Positions 58,893 to 64,000 of a DNA stretch of 64,000 nucleotides are shown here, piece after piece. Below the pieces are notes generated by a model. It ran no database searches. It had not been told where the DNA came from and saw nothing but the letters and a program-made list of their open reading frames with translations. The stretch is taken from NCBI GenBank assembly GCA_020353515.1, contig CP070695.1, positions 2,180,292 through 2,244,291 of the forward strand, given 5' to 3'. Position 1 is the stretch's first letter. Each line of letters starts with the position of its first letter. Origin of the DNA: Candidatus Heimdallarchaeota archaeon (GTDB taxonomy: Archaea; Asgardarchaeota; Heimdallarchaeia; Hodarchaeales; Hodarchaeaceae). Made by a program: the position numbers and the translations under genes.

Positions 58893-59912
58893 TTGTTAAA
58901 AAGACTCTTTAGACGACATTCTAAAGAAGAGAAGACAACTTCTACTCCACCTAAAGAAGAGTTAATTACATTTATAGGAGAAGCTTATGGAGGAAAAACG
59001 ACAATTCTGCATCGCTTAAGAACAGGGGAATTTTACAGCAGTTCAGTTCGAACGATGGGATTAAATGTCGATAGTTTTGAATACCGTAATGTCCAATTTC
59101 AAGCATTCGATTTAGGCGGCCAGGAGAGTTTCCACATGATTTGGGGTGATTATTTGAGGCTTTCCACCGCAGTAGTCTTTGTAGTCGACTGTTCTAACCC
59201 CCAAAGCTTCGGATCGAGTAAAGCAGCACTATATAATGCGATGCCAAGTATCCCTGAAAATGCCATTCTTCTCATTGCAGCAAATAAAGCAGACATTTCA
59301 GGGGTGGATCCATATGTTACTTTACTCAAGCATTTTGATCTATACGATATTCAACAGAAAGGAAATTTTCGTGCTATCAATATATTCCACATGTCTGCAA
59401 AGACTGGATCAAACTTCTACCAAGCATTCGATTGGCTTATTGAAACTTTAACAGGGGAAATAATTCTTCCAAACATCCACATTCACAATGTTTGTATTTA
59501 TCAAACTGATTCTGGTCTCCTGATTGGTAGTAGTTCTGCGACTCAAGGTCAATCACATTATGATCCAGCGTTGTTAACAAGTATGTTCTCAGCTGTAAAT
59601 ACCTTTGCGGAGGCATCGATGGGCGCAGGAGTGAGAGAGATACTTATGAAAAGAAGTAGCACAGCTGGCACCGATGAGGTTTCAGATAACTATAAATTAG
59701 TCCGTGTTGAAGAATCAGACTTTTCAGTAATCTTGATTGTTGATGAATCCGATTCTATGAGAAAGAGTGTAAAAATAGGTAAAGATTTACTAATTTGGAC
59801 CAGGATAAAGATTCCTGAGACTGTTAGGCTCATTGAGCAGATTGATGGAGAAGAAATCCAGACCTATCTATCAATGAAATTCCCAGAAGATCTTATTATG
59901 GCCAATACATAA
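58893..59912 (+). CDS. Arf-like small GTPase fused to a C-terminal longin/roadblock-like domain
   Basis: G1 GEAYGGKTT, G2 T, G3 DLGGQ, G4 NKAD, G5 SAK; C-terminal IYQTDSGLLI...DPALLTSMFSAVNTFAE. Upstream TATA (58833-58845) and GGAGGTGA. Confidence 0.9.
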   Translation: MLKRLFRRHSKEEKTTSTPPKEELITFIGEAYGGKTTILHRLRTGEFYSSSVRTMGLNVDSFEYRNVQFQAFDLGGQESFHMIWGDYLRLSTAVVFVVDCSNPQSFGSSKAALYNAMPSIPENAILLIAANKADISGVDPYVTLLKHFDLYDIQQKGNFRAINIFHMSAKTGSNFYQAFDWLIETLTGEIILPNIHIHNVCIYQTDSGLLIGSSSATQGQSHYDPALLTSMFSAVNTFAEASMGAGVREILMKRSSTAGTDEVSDNYKLVRVEESDFSVILIVDESDSMRKSVKIGKDLLIWTRIKIPETVRLIEQIDGEEIQTYLSMKFPEDLIMANT

Positions 59913-59934
59913 TAAAACCTAACTGAGAGAATAC

Positions 59935-61536
59935 TTAACGAGAATTCATCCGTTTAAACCATTTCTTATTCTGCTTGTAGAGATTTTTAAATTCGTTGAA
60001 TAATCGATCATATAATACCCGATTCTCTGGATTTGGATGAAATTCTCTATCAAAATGAATGATATTTTTAATTTCACGAATCTCATTTAGTTCTCCTAAT
60101 GCCATCTTTGCTATAACAGCTGCTCCAATAGCTCCAGCTTCTTGAGGTTCTTTTACCCTAAGTATTCTCCTATTTAGAACGTCTGCATATATTTGACACC
60201 AAACATCAGATTTTGCCCCTCCACCAATGATACTTAGGGTTTCGACTGGGGAATATAATTTCTCCACGACTTCTAAGGCCCATTTAGCATTTAATGCAAC
60301 TCCCTCGAAAATAGATCTAAGCAAATGTCTTCGATCATGATCTAATGAGACATTCACAAGTCCAGCACGAACATGGTCGTCATCTAAAGGACATCGTTCG
60401 CCAAAGAGCCAGGGCATAAACATCAAATAGGTCCCACCTTTCCCCTTAGCTCCAGGTCCACATTGAGCAACTAATTCATCAAAGATTTCATAGATTTGTT
60501 TCTTTTCCTTCTCCTGGAGTTCTTCTTTAAAGTAAAGGATACTATTTTTAACCCACTCTAAAGCAGCTCCAGCAATCTCTTGGTGGCCTAAAATTAAGTA
60601 GAATTTGTCAGGAAACGCACTACCTACACAACCCGTATAATGATTAATATCCACCTTCCGATCAGAAACATGACCAGCAACCCAACCACTTGTTCCAATC
60701 TGGCAATGTAATTCCCCATCCAGAATTGCACCAGAACCTATCGCTGCAGCTGTTACGTCACCAGCTCCACAAATAACAGGTATACCTTGCTGAAGACCAA
60801 GAATTTCTGAAGCTTCACTATTTAGATCTCCAATAATATCAGTAGGTTTACGGATTTCTGGAAGTTTATCCATATCAATTTTGTAGGTTTTACAAAGAGA
60901 TTTAGACCATTCATTCCGTGGTTCTCCATTTTTCTTACGAGTATCCATTAACCACCAAACATAAGCCAAATCGCTTGTTGTTGCCATTTTACCTGTTAAT
61001 CGAAAAAGAACATAATCTTTAACGTCGAGAAATTTATAAGTTCGTTTATATATCTCTGGTTTTTTATCTTTTAACCATAGAATCTTTGGAATTTGATCCT
61101 TTCCAGCTAAACCAGGACCTCCCCCTGTTATGCGAAGAAATTTTAAGAATAATCGATAAGGATTGTACCCCATTACTCGTGGCCACGGAAAAACCTTTTT
61201 AATATATTCTGCTCCTCGTGCATCCAACCAAATCATACAGTGCATTAAAGGCGTTCCATTTTGGTCTACTGGTAACAATCCCTGCATTTGTGAGCAAAAG
61301 GTTAAAGCAGCAATATCTTTGGGCTGAGAACCTGTTTTTTCCAGAAGCTTTCTCGTCGTCGATACGACGGTACGCCACCAGTCTTCTGGATTGTGCTCAG
61401 CATACCCCTGTTGAGGATATATCGTTTCAAACTGTGCTGTTGCAGAATTTATAAATTCCATTTCGTTAGAAACAAGAACAGCTTTAGTTGCTGTCGTTCC
61501 CAAATCATAAGCTAAGAATTTACCCATAATGAACAA
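59935..61536 (-). CDS. FGGY-family carbohydrate kinase (xylulokinase-like)
   Basis: DLGTTATKA, QMQGL, WLDAR, GAGD, IGTSGW, GERCP, GGGAKS. Confidence 0.92.
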   Translation of the reverse strand: MFIMGKFLAYDLGTTATKAVLVSNEMEFINSATAQFETIYPQQGYAEHNPEDWWRTVVSTTRKLLEKTGSQPKDIAALTFCSQMQGLLPVDQNGTPLMHCMIWLDARGAEYIKKVFPWPRVMGYNPYRLFLKFLRITGGGPGLAGKDQIPKILWLKDKKPEIYKRTYKFLDVKDYVLFRLTGKMATTSDLAYVWWLMDTRKKNGEPRNEWSKSLCKTYKIDMDKLPEIRKPTDIIGDLNSEASEILGLQQGIPVICGAGDVTAAAIGSGAILDGELHCQIGTSGWVAGHVSDRKVDINHYTGCVGSAFPDKFYLILGHQEIAGAALEWVKNSILYFKEELQEKEKKQIYEIFDELVAQCGPGAKGKGGTYLMFMPWLFGERCPLDDDHVRAGLVNVSLDHDRRHLLRSIFEGVALNAKWALEVVEKLYSPVETLSIIGGGAKSDVWCQIYADVLNRRILRVKEPQEAGAIGAAVIAKMALGELNEIREIKNIIHFDREFHPNPENRVLYDRLFNEFKNLYKQNKKWFKRMNSR

Positions 61537-61544
61537 CCTAACCT

Positions 61545-62924
61545 CTACATATAATCTATAGCTTCGATAAGACTATTCTCAAAGACTTCTAAAATGTGAT
61601 CTGAATCCTCACGAGTAATTATTAGAGGTGGCTTAATTTTACAGACGTTCCTGAAAAGTTTCCCAATATCAGAAGAAATTGGAGCAGAATGACCAAAGAT
61701 TACCCCTTGATTTGTGGCTTCCTCTATGAGATCAGAACAAAGACCATTACCAGGTTCTTTGGTATCAGGATCATTAACGAGTTCAATGCCAATGAATAAG
61801 CCTGGACATCGAATATCACCAATAACGTCGTATTTCTTTTGTAATTGTCTTAATTTGGAGGTTAAATAATCTCCTTGTTCCCGGGTATTTTTTAACACAT
61901 CAGCTTTCTCGATATAATTGAGAAATACTAAGCCTGAAGTGAACATGAGAGGATTAGCACCAAACGTGGAATGCTCTTCAGCAGCATTAAAACCAGTCAA
62001 ATCGTCCCGGGCAATAGTTACACCCATAGGTAATCCACCTCCAACTGCTTTTGTCAAACAAGTGATATCAGGAACGACACCTTCATAATAATCCGATGCA
62101 AACCAGTAACCAATCCGAGTGAAAACCTGAGATTCGTCAAAAATTAAGTAAATGTCATTTTTTTGAGTATATTTCCTAAGTTCTTGCAGGAATTTAGTTG
62201 GAGCAGGAATGTGGCCACCTGGGGCTTGCATTGGTTCCATTAAAATCCCACAAACTTTATCTACAGAACCATACTCTATCATATGTTTTGCCAGTTCTAA
62301 ACACTCTAGATGGCAGGTTTTTTCATTTTCTTGTCCCATGGGGCAACGATAGCAATAGGGGAAAGGAATTTTGGAAACTCTATCAAAACCCCAAGGACGA
62401 AAACGTGTTACTCCCGCGAATCGTGTAGAAAGTGTCATTGTAGCAAGTGAACTGCCATGATAGCCACGAGTGAAAGTGTAGAAGTGTTCAGCATCTGGTT
62501 TATTCAGCATAGCTAAACGTAATGCCGCTTCTATTGCGGCACCTCCTCCCATGGCGTTAACTGCAATTCTTTTGAGATTTCCAGGAGCAATACTTGCCAT
62601 TTTATGAATAAATTTAACTCGAGGTATTGTTGGAAAACCATATCTGACATGGGTCAACCGTTTTAACTGCTCACTCACGGCAAACGCAACATCAGGATTG
62701 GCAAAACCGATATTACAAGTCCAAGCTTGTGCGGTACAATCCAAGAATTCTTTTCCTGTGTGATCCTTTAAATAGGAACCAGTACCTTTCACAAAGAGTT
62801 GATCATAAAAAGGAACCAGGCTTTTTTGATGGACTTCATTTATTTCATCATCAGTAATATCGGTGATCCAAGATAATATTTCATCATCTTTGAAAAGTCG
62901 TTCTTGATCTTCCATTTTCACCAT
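61545..62924 (-). CDS. Class III PLP-dependent aminotransferase
   Basis: KGTGSYL, GYHGSS, MEPMQAPGG, IFDESQ, PDITCLTKAVGGG, STFGANP. Confidence 0.92.
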   Translation of the reverse strand: MVKMEDQERLFKDDEILSWITDITDDEINEVHQKSLVPFYDQLFVKGTGSYLKDHTGKEFLDCTAQAWTCNIGFANPDVAFAVSEQLKRLTHVRYGFPTIPRVKFIHKMASIAPGNLKRIAVNAMGGGAAIEAALRLAMLNKPDAEHFYTFTRGYHGSSLATMTLSTRFAGVTRFRPWGFDRVSKIPFPYCYRCPMGQENEKTCHLECLELAKHMIEYGSVDKVCGILMEPMQAPGGHIPAPTKFLQELRKYTQKNDIYLIFDESQVFTRIGYWFASDYYEGVVPDITCLTKAVGGGLPMGVTIARDDLTGFNAAEEHSTFGANPLMFTSGLVFLNYIEKADVLKNTREQGDYLTSKLRQLQKKYDVIGDIRCPGLFIGIELVNDPDTKEPGNGLCSDLIEEATNQGVIFGHSAPISSDIGKLFRNVCKIKPPLIITREDSDHILEVFENSLIEAIDYM

Positions 62925-63105
62925 TCAACCTATTGATTTGTTTATTCAAAGAAGAATATATTTAATTAAGAGTTTTTCTGGAAGTTCCATCACTTCCTCA
63001 TAAACTATACCTTCAGCTAGAGAGTATGTAAAGAAAATAAGAGAGATTTTTTGATAGAAAAATTATTTTTAAAAATGATGAAGAGAAAGTTAGAAGAGCA
63101 AGAAG

Positions 63106-63483
63106 TTATTCACGTATTCGCTCTTTCATTCTAAACGGAAGATCACCATATTCTTCAGTCAATAACTTTGCAAATCTGATTTTATATTTCTCTTTAGGTA
63201 AAGGATTATCTCGCTCAAAGAATAATGTTGCTAAAACTTTGACTGTGAACTTAGCGGGATTCTGTTCATTAATATCCTTGTTATTAATTTTAACTCCATC
63301 AAGATCAATGACGAAATCTTTAAACTTCTCTTTTTCTACTGATTCACCCTTGATCTCTAGTTTGATGGGAGCAATGATAGTTGCATCACTAATTGAATTT
63401 TTCATTTGAAGTTGGAAGCCTTTCTCATTATTCTTCAACGATTTTTTTACAAAAAGTTGTCGAAGTAAATCTTCGTTTACCAT
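63106..63483 (-). CDS. Hypothetical beta-rich protein
   Basis: 125-aa ORF with an upstream AAGGAGTGA SD; LLRQLFVKKSLKN...GFQLQMKN N-terminus. Confidence 0.7.
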   Translation of the reverse strand: MVNEDLLRQLFVKKSLKNNEKGFQLQMKNSISDATIIAPIKLEIKGESVEKEKFKDFVIDLDGVKINNKDINEQNPAKFTVKVLATLFFERDNPLPKEKYKIRFAKLLTEEYGDLPFRMKERIRE

Positions 63484-63699
63484 GATTTATCACTCCTTAT
63501 TTAAAACATGAATTATTAGGGGATAATTTGCACTTCAAAATAAAAAAAAGGAATTGCTCTTTAAATTTATTGTTTATGGATGGTAGTTTGGAAGATATAT
63601 CACAGAGATAATAGCTTAATATTTGGGAATCTTTATGAGACTCCAATTAAAATAATCTACACAATTTAATTATTCTGATTAGAAGATGGAAGAAGAGAA

Positions 63700-64000
63700 A
63701 TGAAAAAGTTAAATTTAATATTTGCATTAATTTTGTTTGCATTCTTTATTTCATATAGTTCATACTCGATTTTAACCAAACCAACTGATCTATCAATAGT
63801 AGAGACTCCAGAAACGCCACAAGCGGTTTATTCTGTCGCTGATGCCGAAGGCCCAGTTATAGGACCACCCAGTTTGGATGACCCAACTCCTGATAGCGAT
63901 GAAGATGTAGAAGTAACTGCTGCCATCTCTGATATAGACGGTGTCCAAAATGCTACGTTATTTTGGCAATATACTTCCCTTAATACAACCTTGTTTAATA
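63700..64000 (+). CDS. Secreted/surface protein, 5' part (Ig-like)
   Basis: Absent from the ORF track. MKKLNLIFALILFAFFISYSS signal peptide, then GPVI...PTPDSDEDVEVTAAISDIDGVQNATLFW with N-x-T sequons. Open to the window end. Confidence 0.8.
   Translation, partial: MKKLNLIFALILFAFFISYSSYSILTKPTDLSIVETPETPQAVYSVADAEGPVIGPPSLDDPTPDSDEDVEVTAAISDIDGVQNATLFWQYTSLNTTLFN

Noticed and set aside
1261-62428. Many short ORFs nested in or antisense to longer genes (e.g. 1261, 1781, 2007, 8377, 19153, 28975, 48316, 52853, 55983)
   Set aside because: They overlap well-supported genes and have no motifs of their own, so they are shadow ORFs.
1-64000. tRNA, rRNA or SECIS elements
   Set aside because: No GC-rich structured RNA or T-loop signature was noticed in intergenic regions. 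A tRNAscan-SE/Infernal run would be needed to exclude them formally.

Overview
AT-rich, gene-dense archaeal chromosome segment of about 57 CDS. I found no rRNA, tRNA or CRISPR array. The gene content points to an Asgard archaeon, most likely Heimdallarchaeia/Hodarchaeales (inference): aIF-1A, XerA, Dph2, single-OB SSB, SufC/SufB of the SMS type, an Arf-like GTPase and several longin/roadblock-like proteins. Housekeeping and metabolic genes include tmk, cobB, ileS, alaX, PEPCK, hydantoinase A/B with glycerate kinase, LKR with saccharopine dehydrogenase, an FGGY kinase with a class-III PLP enzyme, and MFS transporters. These are mixed with proteins of eukaryote-like domain architecture. The best candidate for an undescribed system is a stand-alone protein with two PARP1-type zinc fingers and a C-terminal winged helix, a putative DNA-break sensor with no PARP catalytic domain. 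Other candidates are a HEAT-repeat protein that continues into a mu/delta-COP-like segment, a lipase fused to a C2-like domain, an Arf-longin fusion, a triple HMG-box/YABBY-like repeat protein and an SSB with an RGG/RS tail. Just downstream of xerA is a small plastic region: a segment bounded by inverted repeats carrying a truncated repeat-protein gene, a GNAT frame with no canonical start codon, and orphan DNA methyltransferases. All domain calls come from reading motifs by eye; no searches were run.
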